NCBI RefSeq assembly: GCF_009914755.1
Contig: NC_060931.1
DNA from: the human T2T-CHM13v2.0 reference genome, Homo sapiens
DNA length: 64,000 bases
Direction: 5' to 3' (one strand)
How positions within the stretch are numbered: the first letter of the stretch is position 1; each line of letters opens with the position of its first letter. Position numbers and translations under genes: made by a program. A model generated the notes under the pieces. The model made no database searches, was not told the origin of the DNA, and was given only the letters and a program-made list of their open reading frames with translations. Below are positions 17,768 through 38,881 of the stretch, in pieces.

Positions 17768-18074
17768 TTTTCTTTCCTTTTCTTTTTTTTTTTTTAGAGG
17801 CAGAGTCTTGCTCTGTTGCCCAGGCTGGAGTGCAGTGGCACCATCTCAGCTCCTTGCAGCTTCCACCTCCCAGGTTCATGCAGTGAACCTCAGACTCCCG
17901 AGTAGCTGGGACTACAGGCACATGCTACCATGCCCAGCTAACTTTTGTACTTTTAGTAGAGATGGAGTTTCACCACGTTGGCCAGGCTGGCCTCGGACTC
18001 CTGACCTCAAGTGATCTGTCCGCCTTGGCTTCCCAAAGTGCTGGGATTATAGGCGTGAGACACCACGCCCAGCC
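17768..18074 (-). mobile_element. Alu
   Basis: TSD ATATTATGTATTTTCT. Confidence 0.92.
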
Positions 18075-18575
18075 ATATTATGTATTTTCTGTGGGAGATT
18101 TGCGTATGTGCTATGGATTCTAAGAATTAGTTGCTAGTTGCCTGCTCTACTTGTTAACATGAATGGGTACATTGTGAGAAAGAAAGCTCCCCTCTCAGGG
18201 TCCTCAGAGCACACTGCATCCTTGGTCTCTTTAGCCTCTGTTCTTGCTCTGGCACAATTTGTGTTCTCTGTGTAGTGCAATCCCAGGGCTGGTTAATCCT
18301 CTTTAGTGGGAAGTATTGCTCCCTGCCTGGCAGCTACACTAAAAGGTTGTACGTTGAGCTACACCATTGCAATTTCTGGGTAATAGCATTAAGTATTCTC
18401 TTCCCCTCTATGCCAGTGACTCTAGGTGTTATTGTTTAAACGCTTCATTTCTAAAACTGCATAGTAACATCAGATTATAATCATGTACAATGCAGTTATT
18501 TGTTCCCATCTTGCTGGTGTGTTTCTACAGGGTGGACACTACTTTCACATTTTCTTAATTTTTCTCCATGTCTCC

Positions 18576-18775
18576 ATATATATATATATGGCAATGAACC
18601 ACATATATATTGTCATATATATGTATATGTGTGTATATATATACACATATATATATAGAGAGAGAGAGGGAGGGAGAGAGAGAGAGAGCAATGAGCCAGA
18701 CATGGAGAAAAAAGTATATTTCTTGAATAGCTTATATAAATAACATATATATAAAAAGAATATTTATTGGGCATT

Positions 18776-18806
<31 letters not shown>
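18576..18806. repeat. Compound (TA)n/(GA)n low-complexity region
   Basis: Several TA and GA runs. Confidence 0.85.
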
Positions 18807-18809
<3 letters not shown>

Positions 18810-18844
18810 CATTTATATTTTTTCATTTTCTCATGTTTTCAGAA

Positions 18845-19835
<991 letters not shown>

Positions 19836-20147
19836 ATCAACATCTTATTATGAAAATGCTCAAAGCTACTTACAGAAAAGTTGGAAGAGTAGAACAGAGA
19901 AAAGTGGTATATGTTTACCTAGACGTAGCAGTTGTTAATATTTGGCCACATTTGCTTTGTCTGTTCATATATACCTTAGTTTTTTTCTAAAATATTTGAA
20001 AATAAGCTGCAGAAAACATGACATTTCATTTGTAAATATTTCAACACACATTTCCTAAAGATAAAACAAAAAATATATATAACCACAATATTGTAATGAC
20101 ACCTAAGAAAAAAATACAGTTCATATTTTAAATTCCATAATAACTAA

Positions 20148-20560
<413 letters not shown>

Positions 20561-22187
20561 AAATTCCATAGTCATCTCAAACATTTTAAAGAAATAGTTG
20601 TTATTATCGCTTTTATAAAAATACAGGACTTTATAAATATTCATGAATTGCATGCTGGCAATTATTATTTCTAAATTCAGACAATTGTTTTCATCCAGGA
20701 ATGTGTGCTATCTTGTAAGATCTTCTAATATTTCAGGATAAGCTAGAAGTGCAGTTTTTCATGTTAAGTAACTTTGAACAAATGTGGAAGAGTCATTCAT
20801 TTACTGTTTCTGTCCCATAGTTCTTCTTGGTAGAATCTGTGATGATTATTGCTACCTACAAAGATGAGAGAGGGACTAGAGGTAACAAGAATAGAACATA
20901 TAGAACAGGATGTAGTCAACATATCAGACACTTGTTACTGGGAATAGCTAGGATTAGAACAAGGCTGACATTCTGGTGATATGCACTCATATAATTGCAT
21001 GATTGTTAATATCAAAATCCTATTTACTCTTGGCACACTATGGCATCAAAGCCTTAATTCCTGGCACCCCAGATGACCTCCAGGACCACGACTGAGATGT
21101 CTGTTCTAATTGGTCAGTATCTGTGTCATATTCTTAATTTTTTAATTTTAAAAATATCCCTCCTGGATGAAAAAAAATGAAAAGCTTGAATAGACACATT
21201 CAAGAGTACTCTGCCTGTTTCAGTTCTCCTGTCTATTAACAGGGATTATGGTTTTTAAAAATGGTTTTAGAATTTATATTTTACCAAGTCACTCATAGAT
21301 TTAGGATTAAACAGTTTTTATTATTTAAGGTGTTAGGTCTTTCTGCTACTCACAATTTTCTGCATTTTCCGCATTTTCCTTTTCATTATACTCACAAGAA
21401 TCTATCATATATAAAAATTTCAGACATATCTATGTATAAATATCACATTTCCCCAAGGTAGAGCACATTTTCTACATGTTTACTCCAGCCAAAGAACCCA
21501 GCATTCGGTGTTCAAATAAAAACCATATTTATTATTTTATAAATGTTGGCACTGAACAGATAACAGGTGGTAGTGACTGTTTCTTAAGAATTGTGTGCAT
21601 ATCTGAGCATTTATTTACTTAATATTTTTGAAATTAAGCATAAAAATTTCATAAACCTGTAAAGCTAAACAAATGTCATCTATTTTGCATTTACTGAGTA
21701 CATACAAGTGTTTACAGAAGCAATGTTTCTGAACAGTTATTTACATAATCAAAGAATTTGATGAGATTTGGAGCAATAATTTCATTAAAGTTTAAAAAGT
21801 TTTAGAATGTGTAAAAGTGACTGAATGGTTAGGTATGAATTCTGGGAACCTGCATCAGAAATGCCAATGAAACATTGGAAGAGTTTTTTCTTTTTGTTTT
21901 TTTGAAACTGACATGGGACATAGAATGCTGAAGAAAGAGAATGACTGGAAACGAAAAGAGAGGTTAACAAGCTGTCATCACCTTAGAACACAAATGTGAG
22001 CCCTGTGCAATTCAGGATATTAAGTGCCAAAAGGAAAACACCTTCAGTAAAGCAAGAATATCGAAACTATTAGGTTCTGTCAGAACAATGCACGTTATAC
22101 TACATAAATCTTGCTGTAATAATTTATTTATTATTTTTTGAGCAAATGCTAATTTATATGTTTCAAAATGTAAGAAAATGCACCCCT

Positions 22188-22482
<295 letters not shown>

Positions 22483-22954
22483 AAGAAAATGCACCCCTAT
22501 CCCTCAGCCATGTGTTTTTTCCCAAGAGGCGAAAAAGATTATCATCTTATCTATTTCTTGTATTCTTACAAGAATATATAATTCATATAATGTATATAAC
22601 TGTAATACATCTAATACACAATACATTCGGTGTATATATTCACATTCAGAAAAGTGAACAATATATTTGGCAATATATTGTTGTCAACTACAGAAAAGTT
22701 AGCAAAATAAAATATGACCCCCACAAAGCACAAAATGTAAAACACAAAAATAAATAAAGGAAAGTTAATATCTATGTAACCAGCACCTAATCAAGAAAGA
22801 GAACATTACCAGCACTCCCCAGTTTTTACCCTGTCTCTCCTACCTGGAAGGTAACCATTATGTTGATACATAACAATATATTTTGCCTGTTTTTTTAATT
22901 TTATATAGATGAAATTATACAGTACACATTCTTTTGTGTATTTGTTCATTCCAT

Positions 22955-23830
<876 letters not shown>

Positions 23831-24571
23831 TAAACAAGTTTTAATGTGTTATCACTCCCTCCACACACAATGGCTTTTCTTCACAAGGGCTTTTATTTTG
23901 TGAAGGACTAATAGAGGCAAATTGGTTTTGGGGAGCTCATTAAATTTTGGGGTAGCTGTTTTTCAACTATATGGATAGCTGTTTTTCAACTATAAGCTAA
24001 ACCAACTCACCTTCATAATCTCTGTTCAATGGATGTTCATTTTAGTACTCTTCACACGATTTTTAAAAAGCACAAAATACTAAAATGTCCAAAAGTAGGA
24101 GGCTGGTAAAATAATGACATACCTGTTCAAAGCTATATTATTCAGCTATTTAAAAAAACACAATTAGTAGTAGATTATGTAATGATACAGAAAGCTGTTT
24201 ATTGCTTAAAATAAAGCAAGTAACAAGATAATATGTATTGGCATATACATAAATGAAATCTTAGAATACAAAAAAATGTTAATAGTGGTTATGTCTGAGT
24301 AACAGGTAGAATTATATGAGGTTATTTCATTCATTTTGTGCTCCATGTTATATTTTTTCTATAATAAGCATTACTTTCATATTATTTTAAAGTTACTCAG
24401 AAAAATGGAGGCAGAGGCTCAATGATTTGTTGACTTGGACAGTGATGAATATCTGGGGAATTCGTGGTACTATACCTCTTGCTGCCATGAGTATCTTTAA
24501 TTTTCCCTCTCTGTATGACTCTCTAATGACTTTCTGGAATCTCACTTGATTTTTCTTTAATATCCTCCCAT

Positions 24572-24573
<2 letters not shown>

Positions 24574-24637
<64 letters not shown>
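24574..24637. repeat. (CT)n microsatellite
   Basis: About 31 perfect units. Confidence 0.97.
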
Positions 24638-24639
<2 letters not shown>

Positions 24640-25063
24640 CTTCGTTCCTTGTCTGCCCTGGGTACTAAGGGAGCTAGGTGACTTTGCTGAGCAGCCACTG
24701 CTACAGGAGATATCCTGCATATCACGAGTCCACCAATTGATCCACCAATCCATGCAGAGCAGTTGAAATCATCTGCTAACTGGATTTCCCCTGTGACACC
24801 TCCCTAACCTCTGGATATCTATGGGACATTTGTTATAATAAATAAACTGATCTCTGTGGATGGCTGAAAATCCTCTCAGAGGAGTTAAATAGAAATGGTG
24901 GTCATCCTGTTGAAGCTAGTACCCGTTGCAATGTGAACTGTGATTTTAGCATAACTGAACTTCTTGATGTCTGGTACAACCTTGTTGGGTTTTTTGTTTT
25001 GTTTCGTTTTGGTATCACTGATGAGTCAATTAAGGACGAAAATAGGCATCAAATAAGTATTAA

Positions 25064-25330
25064 GAGGCAGGCAGATCATGAGGTCAGGAGTTTGAGACCA
25101 GCTTGGCCAACATGGTGAAACCCCTGTCTCTACTAAAAATATAAAAATTAACCAGGCATGGTGGCATGTGCCTATAATCCCAGTTACTCAGGAGGCTGAA
25201 GCAGGAAAATTGCTTGAATCTGGGAAGCAGAGGTTGCAGTGAGCCTAAATCACGCCACTGCCCTCTAGCCTGGGTAGCAGAGCAAGACTCCGTCTCCAAA
25301 AATAAAAATAAATAAACAAAAATAAATAAA
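25064..25330 (+). mobile_element. 5'-truncated Alu
   Basis: Begins at gaggcaggcagatcatgagg. Confidence 0.88.
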
Positions 25331-25769
25331 TTTCAAAAGTTTTTGTATTTTGGATAGTGTTTCATTCCACACTAAGTGTCTATAAGTATTTTTACAGAAT
25401 AAGTATATGGATTTTTGTATCATCTACAGTTTTATTCATATATGGGAAAAACGTAAACATAACAGATGATTTTACTCCAGAGAGTATGAGAAATTTTGGA
25501 TATGAAATTATGTTGCTGATTCTGTTTTAATATTCCTCCCAGTTTTATGTATTAAAATAAGTTATGATCTATAAATCAGTCAAAAATGATTTCTATTTTT
25601 GTTATTGTTCCCAAAAGACAACTTAAGTTTGCATTCATTCATCTAAACAGTGAAGTTTTTTAAAAATGTATAAAGGAAATAGTGTGTTTAAGTCACTTAC
25701 CATTAGTTTGACAACTGTGGTGACTTTTACCAGCCTCTGCGGTGTAATTTTCCTTAAAATGAAATGTTC

Positions 25770-26068
<299 letters not shown>

Positions 26069-26155
26069 TAAAAGGAAGTATTTTTGAAAGGTTCAGTCTT
26101 GGCCCCATTAGATATTAAAGTAGGATAGAGGATGTTACAATTCGACAAACACTGA

Positions 26156-26701
<546 letters not shown>

Positions 26702-27261
26702 TAAACAAAATTTTAACTGGATGAATTGAAAGAAACTTTTCTTAAAAATGAACCCAATGCTGAGTGTCCTATGTACATATCTTATTTTCTCCAAGTCTCT
26801 CAACAACGCTGAAGACAGGTAGCCACATTTTAACAGATGCATAATCAGGGGCTCAGAGACATTTTAGGTTGAGCAAAAGTATGTAGGAAGAAGGGAAATA
26901 TAAGAATCCTGGCCCACTGGGCACATGTTTAGAGACTGGGGTATAATGGCAGAGTAATCAATAAAGAAGCTGAAAAGGTAGTTTGGAGCTGGTTCTCTAG
27001 TGAACAGTTTGTGAAACAATTATACGGGAAGTGGAGTCCTTGGAATTTTTTAAAGCTGGGCTAGAAGGATCAGATTCATGCTTCACTATATTCAGGAAGA
27101 AGTGTGGTGGGTAGATTGGAATGAGAACCAATCTCTTTTTTATATAAGAAAAAGGGGTAACAACTGAGAAACCATTGCAACAGTTGATGGTAGAGAAGAT
27201 GAGGCCTAGTCAAGGCAATAGGAGTGGGAATGTGGAGAAGAAGATGAATTTAAGAACCACT

Positions 27262-27937
<676 letters not shown>

Positions 27938-29035
27938 CTATCTTGGGGACTCAAAAGATTTTTCTTTTTAGGCAGAGTTTATAACATGAAAGAAACCATT
28001 TGAAAATATACAAATTGGTGACATTTAATACATTTACAATGGTATGCAACCATCAACTTTATTTAGTTCCAGAACATTTTCATCTTGTGCACTCTATGCA
28101 TTCAGTGTTTACTGAATGACGGAATTTGGGAGAGAAACTGGGGGGCCATTGCAGCCTGAGCTCAACAGCAATCAGGCTTGCATCCCACAGAAATAAAAAA
28201 CATTCCTCTTTCAATGAAGCTATCCTTTATTATGGAAAATAATATCCTTGACCAATTTCCTAAAACACTCAGAAACTCAAATGCAACATGAAAATTAAAT
28301 CACAATTCCCCCATTAGACAACATAGGCTGAACCAGGTATTGGGAATATGGACAAGAAAATTAACAGCCTATTGTAATCTACTTATAACATTTTCCTCCA
28401 AATAGAATATACTATGGGTATATGTTTAACTAAGCTTATATTTATTTAATTCAATGTAATTGAAAAAGCTAACATAAAATTTAATTCCTGAATAAAATAA
28501 AACAGTTGCTTTTTCTATGATGACAGAGTCATTGACTTTTCCCTTCAGTTTATAATCTGTATCCTATACCTTGATTTACTCAGCCTTGGCTAAAGCACAT
28601 TTTTAATATCTTAGCTGAGCTGACTTGTAAGCAGGCAATATTGATGGGGTCAGGGAAATAGTCCCTTTCCAGGGTTCTGGCCACATGGCTGATATTATGA
28701 GACACTTCATATTTTTTGTTTGTTTGTTTTCAAATCTCCTATGTCTGTGTTGGGTGTTCTATAGACACCCAAACCTGGGCAGTTTTTATGAATCTCAGGG
28801 AGCCACTCTGCTGCTGAGCTAGCCTCATTCACACATTTCATTTATCCACAATAATAAGAATATCAATACCTTGGATTTATATAGAGCCATTCATCCAAAG
28901 AGGTCAAAGCATTTTAATTTAATTGGATGTTCCCATGGCTTTAAGAGCCCCTAGGTATATTTACAAATGTAATATTAGGAAACGGTCTGCCCTGGTTTAG
29001 AAAACATAAAACAAGACCTGCATATATACTGGTTT

Positions 29036-29200
29036 TAGCCAGGCATGGTGGCATGTGCCTGTAATCGCAGCTACTCAGGAGGCTGAGGCAGGAGAATCAC
29101 TTGAACTTGGGAGGTGAAGGTTGCAGTGAGTCGAGATCGCGTCACTCCAGCCTGGGCAACAAGAGCAGAACTCCGTCTGAAAAAAATAAAATAAAATAAA
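29036..29200 (+). mobile_element. Alu right arm
   Basis: Single arm with A-rich tail. Confidence 0.85.
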
Positions 29201-29302
29201 TTAATTAATTTGGGTGTGCTAATTTATTTATCACTTAATTGTATTTCCATTTTGTGATGAAAGTAGGCCATTGTTTCTGACACTTATCCAATTCTCCTTT
29301 GA

Positions 29303-29674
<372 letters not shown>

Positions 29675-29769
29675 TAAAAAAAAAAAAAAAATTACCCATG
29701 TTATTGACGCTCAAAACAACTTTGCAATAACCCCAGAGATGTATTTTCAACAAAATTAGTGCCATACTT

Positions 29770-29975
29770 TAGTAATAATAGCTGATATTTACCAAGTGCT
29801 GATAATGTATATCTCACATATTCTTACAATAACTCTCTATGTGAAGTACAATGACCACCTGCTTTACAGATAAAGGAACTGAGGCAGAGTAAAGTTAAGT
29901 AACTTGTCCTAGGTAATCTAGCCAGGAAGTGGAAAGCTGGGATTGAATCTAGGCCATCCTGCTACACAAACTGCA
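29770..29975 (-). mobile_element. MIR
   Basis: tttacagataaaggaactgaggcagag...aagtaacttgtcc. Confidence 0.7.
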
Positions 29976-29977
29976 TT

Positions 29978-32844
<2,867 letters not shown>

Positions 32845-32912
32845 TGTCCTGCATTCTTAACCACTAGGCCCAACTGCCTCTCCCTTTCTCTATGAATTAT
32901 TTAATTTTATAG

Positions 32913-33254
<342 letters not shown>

Positions 33255-34309
33255 CAAAAATCTTATTTTCTTTAAAAGCCATTAAAATTATGATTTCCAG
33301 AAGCTATATGTTATTTCCTCATTTGAATGTTACATAATTTATTTAATTCTTCTGTGTTATTTAAAAAATGTCAATACTCTATATTTCTTTAGGAACAAAG
33401 TCCCTAGAACTGGAATTATTGGGCCAAAGGTTATGAATACTTTTAAGTTATCGTGTGTGTGTGTGTGTGTTATCTTCAACTAATTTTTAAAAATGTGAAC
33501 TTCTACCAGCTCGATGTCTATTTAATAAAAGTAATTGATGTGTTCTGAGCTTGCTGCTCACAACTCCATGACCTCTGAGTTAGTTTGCTTTCTATTCCTT
33601 TAAGTTCTTCAATCTTTATTGCTACTGAGCAGGCCACCTCCTTCCTTACTTTTAAATTATTATTATTCTTGTTCCTCAGTCTAACCACTTTCCACGCACA
33701 TTCTGGTCTTTTTTGTTTTGTTTTGTTCATTTGGTCTTATGAATTAATGACTAAGCCAACGGAACCAAATGCAGGAAATACTAAAAACTTACCGGTAAAA
33801 GTATTAACACAAATGTGCATTACTACTAAGTATTTCATTTAGCTTGAAAAAAAAAAAAAAAAAGGAATCTGCAGTGTGGTCTGTTTGTTTTTAGCTTATA
33901 CTGTCTTTTCTTCATCAATATTCATTTATTCCTGTACGTGTGGTTTTAGAACTATCTGGAAATATAGGAACATTGGGAAAAATTGAACTCCACATAAACC
34001 TAATGTAGAAACATTAGTTTTACAGAATACTAAAGAAAAGCATTTCTGCTTATATTCATTTTCGTATTTTATTGGATTTTTTAAAAAATCACTTGCACTT
34101 AAGGCAAAAACTTCGCACATAGACATCCGGCAGAGAACCCCTCTTTCATTTAAATACAAACCCTAACACATTTTGGCATCATCAGATAAATTTGATTTAA
34201 AGCCTGACAAAATTCTAAAAGCAAGGAAACTGAAAAAAGCTGGAAGTCAGAATAAAGATAAATGAAGACACTCATTACAAGACTTAGGAAGTTGCAGCTG
34301 GTTTAGCTT

Positions 34310-34560
34310 TCCTGCGCGCCCAGGAGACGGAGAAGGAAAACTACGACTCCCAGAGTGCTTAGAGAGAACACGCGCGTCGTGGCCTCAAAACTTGCTCCCT
34401 TAGTCCCGCCTCCTCACTTCAGTGATTGGATTTTCCACTTCCGCGCCTCTGGAATTCTCTTCACCCATTGGTGGAGACTCCTGCGGGGTCAAATACAGAA
34501 TTTACGCACCCTTGGCTTCCTTGGAGCCTAGCGGCTCTCCCCGCGTCCAAGATGGCGGCA
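34310..34560 (+). promoter_or_regulatory. EXOC4: EXOC4 core promoter and 5'UTR; CpG-enriched, TATA-less
   Basis: Local CpG cluster. ZNF143/THAP11-type ACTACGACTCCCAGAGTGC at 34340-34358. GC box CCCGCCTCC at 34405-34413. Inverted CCAAT at 34425-34429 and 34467-34471. ETS motif CACTTCCGC at 34436-34444. YY1 motif CAAGATGGCGGC at 34548-34559. Confidence 0.85.
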
Positions 34561-34637
34561 GAAGCAGCTGGTGGGAAATACAGAAGCACAGTCAGCAAAA
34601 GCAAAGACCCCTCGGGGCTGCTCATCTCTGTGATCAG
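34552..34637 (+). CDS. EXOC4: Exocyst complex component 4 (Sec8), coding exon 1 (aa 1-29)
   Basis: ATG at 34552 in strong Kozak context (AAGATGG). Translates [29 protein letters not shown], recognised as the Sec8 N-terminus. Ends at donor CAG|GTGAGG; 86 nt, phase 2. Confidence 0.97.
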
Positions 34638-36584
34638 GTGAGGGAGGCAGGAGGCAGGGTCTGGGGACTGGGGGCAGCGGCTCGACCTCCGCTTTGGAAG
34701 GGAGAAGGGTTAGCTGGGTCCCACCCTGCTCTCCCTTCCCTTTCCTCCTTGCCTCCCGCAGCCCCTCCCCAGGGCTCTAACCCCTCCCCAGGGCCCCAGC
34801 AATTCCCCCCCCACCTTTTTTTTCTGGGGTTAGCTATAGAGAGAGGAGCCCCGCCTCAGTCTTTTCTTTAGGGGCAACACCTTCTATTACAGTCCCGGGA
34901 CCCCAAAGCACGCTATTTGGGTTTGGTAGAGAAAACCAGGTGTAAAGGTGTGTTTATTGATTCCTAAAATGCTTGTTTATTGTTTGCCTGTAGCAGCACT
35001 CACTGAGAAAGGCGTCTTGTTTCCTGGACTTTGGGGTGTAAGGCCTTGGAGTCCGGAGATTCCTGTCACGAGTTGCAGATTTGTGTTTTCACACTCTGGA
35101 TACTTTCAACCACCTGTGCGTGGCCACAGCCACAAATACAAGAATCTGCAGTGAGCTGGTAGGAGGACTGGGTTTGAAGGCACACATCGGTTTTCAATTT
35201 TTTGCCCTGCCTCCGCATTCTGGTCCATTCCTTAAAAAACAGAACCAAACCAATTTCAAATTATCCTCCATGCACTGCCCCTCTGCACCTCCCAGAAGAT
35301 TAGGGTGGGGGTGGAGTGGGAGCGGTGGATCTTTTAGGAGCTTTTTTTTAAAAAAGCGAAATATATTGAGGATGGGGGAACCCTTTCAAGAATCTTGGAT
35401 ATGATGCAGGTACTGACTAAAACCAATCTAAATAAAATTTATTATGGCACGTTTTTTACGTTGTTGGCATTTGAATTTCAACTCGTTTATTTTTCATAAA
35501 CAAACACTCTTTATTTTTCCTCACCTATGCTAAACTTTTGTTTGAGTTCTTGCAAGTCTTCTGGAATGTATTGATCATCTTTTCAAAACCCAGGGCCCAA
35601 CATTATCTGGTAGGTACTAAGCACTTCAATGAATGCATGTATCAAACCATTAGAACAGCTTACCACTCACTGACAAAGACACATCTTATGGGTCTTATTT
35701 AGGAGGCTTTAAGATTATGGCCTATTAAATCATTACTTTAATTTTCTTTTGGGCTTAAGAGAAAAACATCTCTGTGTGGAAATGCTTAATATACTTGGTA
35801 GGCCATACAGAGGAAGTGCTGTTGTATTGTGAATCTATAGGCCCACATTCTCGCTGTGACAATACGCAGGTAGTGTAGATGTATCTCATGATACTAAAAT
35901 TCCAATAAGAATGTTTGTTGTTTCCCATCTGAATTTCCTGTGGAATTAGAATACCAGGACATTATTTGGATCCTTTTTTGAACTTGTTTGTTTTTTCTAC
36001 CTTATAGTTAACATTTATTTAAACAATAGGTATTTAGTGCCAGTTGACAGTATGGCGTCTGGCACGTATTACATATTTAATAATATTTGTTGACTTAATG
36101 AGTAAATGCCCTGAGTTTTGCAAAGATGAAGCAGGCACAGTGTTACCCTTAAGGAGAGTATAGTTTACCTGGGGGATAAAACATGTCAGTAAAAATGATG
36201 ACATAAGACTACGAGAGAGACATGAAATGTTATGGAAATCCACGAGGAGTGGCTGTTTCTAATGAAAGTGAAATGTGTCATCTCATCTGTGTACTTTTGA
36301 TTCTCCAGGCTGTTCCCATTTCTTTTATGCTATTTGTATTTTCCTCAGGGCCAGTTGAATTTACTCTAAATGTCATATTTTTGAAAACAGCATGAAAGCC
36401 AACCTAAAGCTTTTTTTACTAATGCTAATTCAGAACATACATTGCCTTTGCTTGACCATTCCTTAATATTCTCCAGGAGGAACCCCCTACTGCTTGATGG
36501 CTAAGATTTTGTGGTTATCCATCCATCTCTTATGCCAGTTTATTAATATATGACCTTCATTTTATCACTGTGATTTAGGCCTAG

Positions 36585-36956
<372 letters not shown>

Positions 36957-37439
36957 TGACCACCTCAGATCACTGCATAACACTTTTGTGATATAGTTTT
37001 TACAAGCATGGTGTAAGGGAATGTCTAGACCTAGTATCCTGGGCAAGTTTATTAAGGCTTGGGATGCATTGTTATATATGACCTTAAGACCGAATGGTGT
37101 TGGTGTTTGTATTTCAACATTTCTTTGAGTCACAGGGAGATTTTGGTGTTGGAGTGAGGATGTTGGTAGCTATAACTTCCTGTTATTTCCTTCCTAATAT
37201 GCTTTTGAACATACCCAGTGGTTTAAATTTTATAAACAGTGGTAGTGAATGAGAGGACAATGGAAGTATTACTTTGGTGTTTGGGATGGGGAATGGGGGG
37301 AGAGTCCTGCGGGTAAGAGAACCAGGAATGTATGTTTCTTGTTAGTAAATTGTGCTGTCACTTGGAAGTTGCTTCTTGTATTTCTGTTCAATTTATGTCC
37401 TTTGTGTTTCCCTTCTTGCAACATTGTATTCATTATTCC

Positions 37440-37741
<302 letters not shown>

Positions 37742-38722
37742 TGCATTCATTTTTTCTTAATTCCTCATATAAAACTTTGATTATCTCCTCCTATCTTTAA
37801 CGTTGTTTTCAAATTCTCTCCCAAAGGCTATAGTTTTCCTGGTTGCTTTGGCAACAAGCCACAAAAAGGAAAACCCATGTTAGGCTCGTGTTTATAAGGT
37901 CTGAGCATTCCTAACATGTACCGGGTACCTGCTAGCTCCTTTCATGTTTCCATGGACTTATTTTGTCACAAAATAAATTACCGACAGTTAGAGAGTCTAC
38001 TGTCTTTTGAAAAGTTTGATCAGTTTAGCTTTTTAAAAAATATCTTTTTGTATCACTGAGTAGTAGTTTTTCTTTTTTGAATAGTGAGTATTAAAAATGC
38101 TCCTTTAATTCTCTTGCTCAGATGTGTAAAAATGTAATTTCTGTACTACATTATGTATCATAAAATTTTGTATTTTTTCAATGCTTTTCCTAACAGTTGG
38201 GGTAGCATTTATTGTTAGTCATTTTTAATATTGTATTCAAAAAACTACAGGTGGATAAGGGTTTGACTTAAGGACAGAGTATGTGTAGGCATGGGGAATA
38301 TCCGAATCTCATCGCTATTTCCAGCCCTTGTACTAAATAGTTAAATAACGACTCTATTTTGCTAGTATAAAGTATTTAAACTTTAAAGCATTTAAAAGCC
38401 AAAAATAAAGATGAAGTATAGTGTAATTGTAATGCAAGTATTATATGATTTTTTAAGTGCTTTGAGACTCAAATAAAAATGCTTAATTATTTAAAAATTA
38501 TCGAATAAAAATATTTCAGGGCAGTCAGATGTTTCAAAGGGTGGACTTCCAGGGCTTTACAGAAGAGGCCCTTAGGCCTGTGAGGTGGGGCTTAGGTGAG
38601 GGGACAGATAGTGGTTGGGATTCAGTTTGTCGGAGGCTACTGCCAACTGCAGCTTTTGGTTTTAAGTCTTGCCACTGGCCCTTTAAAATGGAACTAACTG
38701 GGGGGACAGAATCCTGATTACG

Positions 38723-38881
38723 TGCTGATGTGTGATGTATGATTTGGACAGTTTTACACACACACAGACACACACCTACTTTTCTGTTGACCTGCTGATG
38801 TACAATTTGGATGGTTTACACACACGCACACACACACACACACACACGTGCACACACACAATTTTTCTACTTTTCTGTTGA
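38723..38881. repeat. Tandem duplication containing (CA)n tracts
   Basis: tgctgatgt..atttgga..ttt(AC)n..ctacttttctgttga occurs twice. Confidence 0.8.

Noticed and set aside
26864-26882. MADE1/mariner-like TIR (TTAGGTTGAGCAAAAGTA)
   Set aside because: Single short imperfect match with no partner inverted repeat.
33847-33862. Isolated poly-A run as the tail of a processed pseudogene
   Set aside because: No TSD and no recognisable coding or SINE sequence upstream.
34422-34871. 149-aa ORF over the promoter and the 71-aa ORF starting at 34426
   Set aside because: Both start at non-ATG codons (GTG, TTG) in promoter sequence. The real CDS begins at ATG 34552 and splices at 34637.
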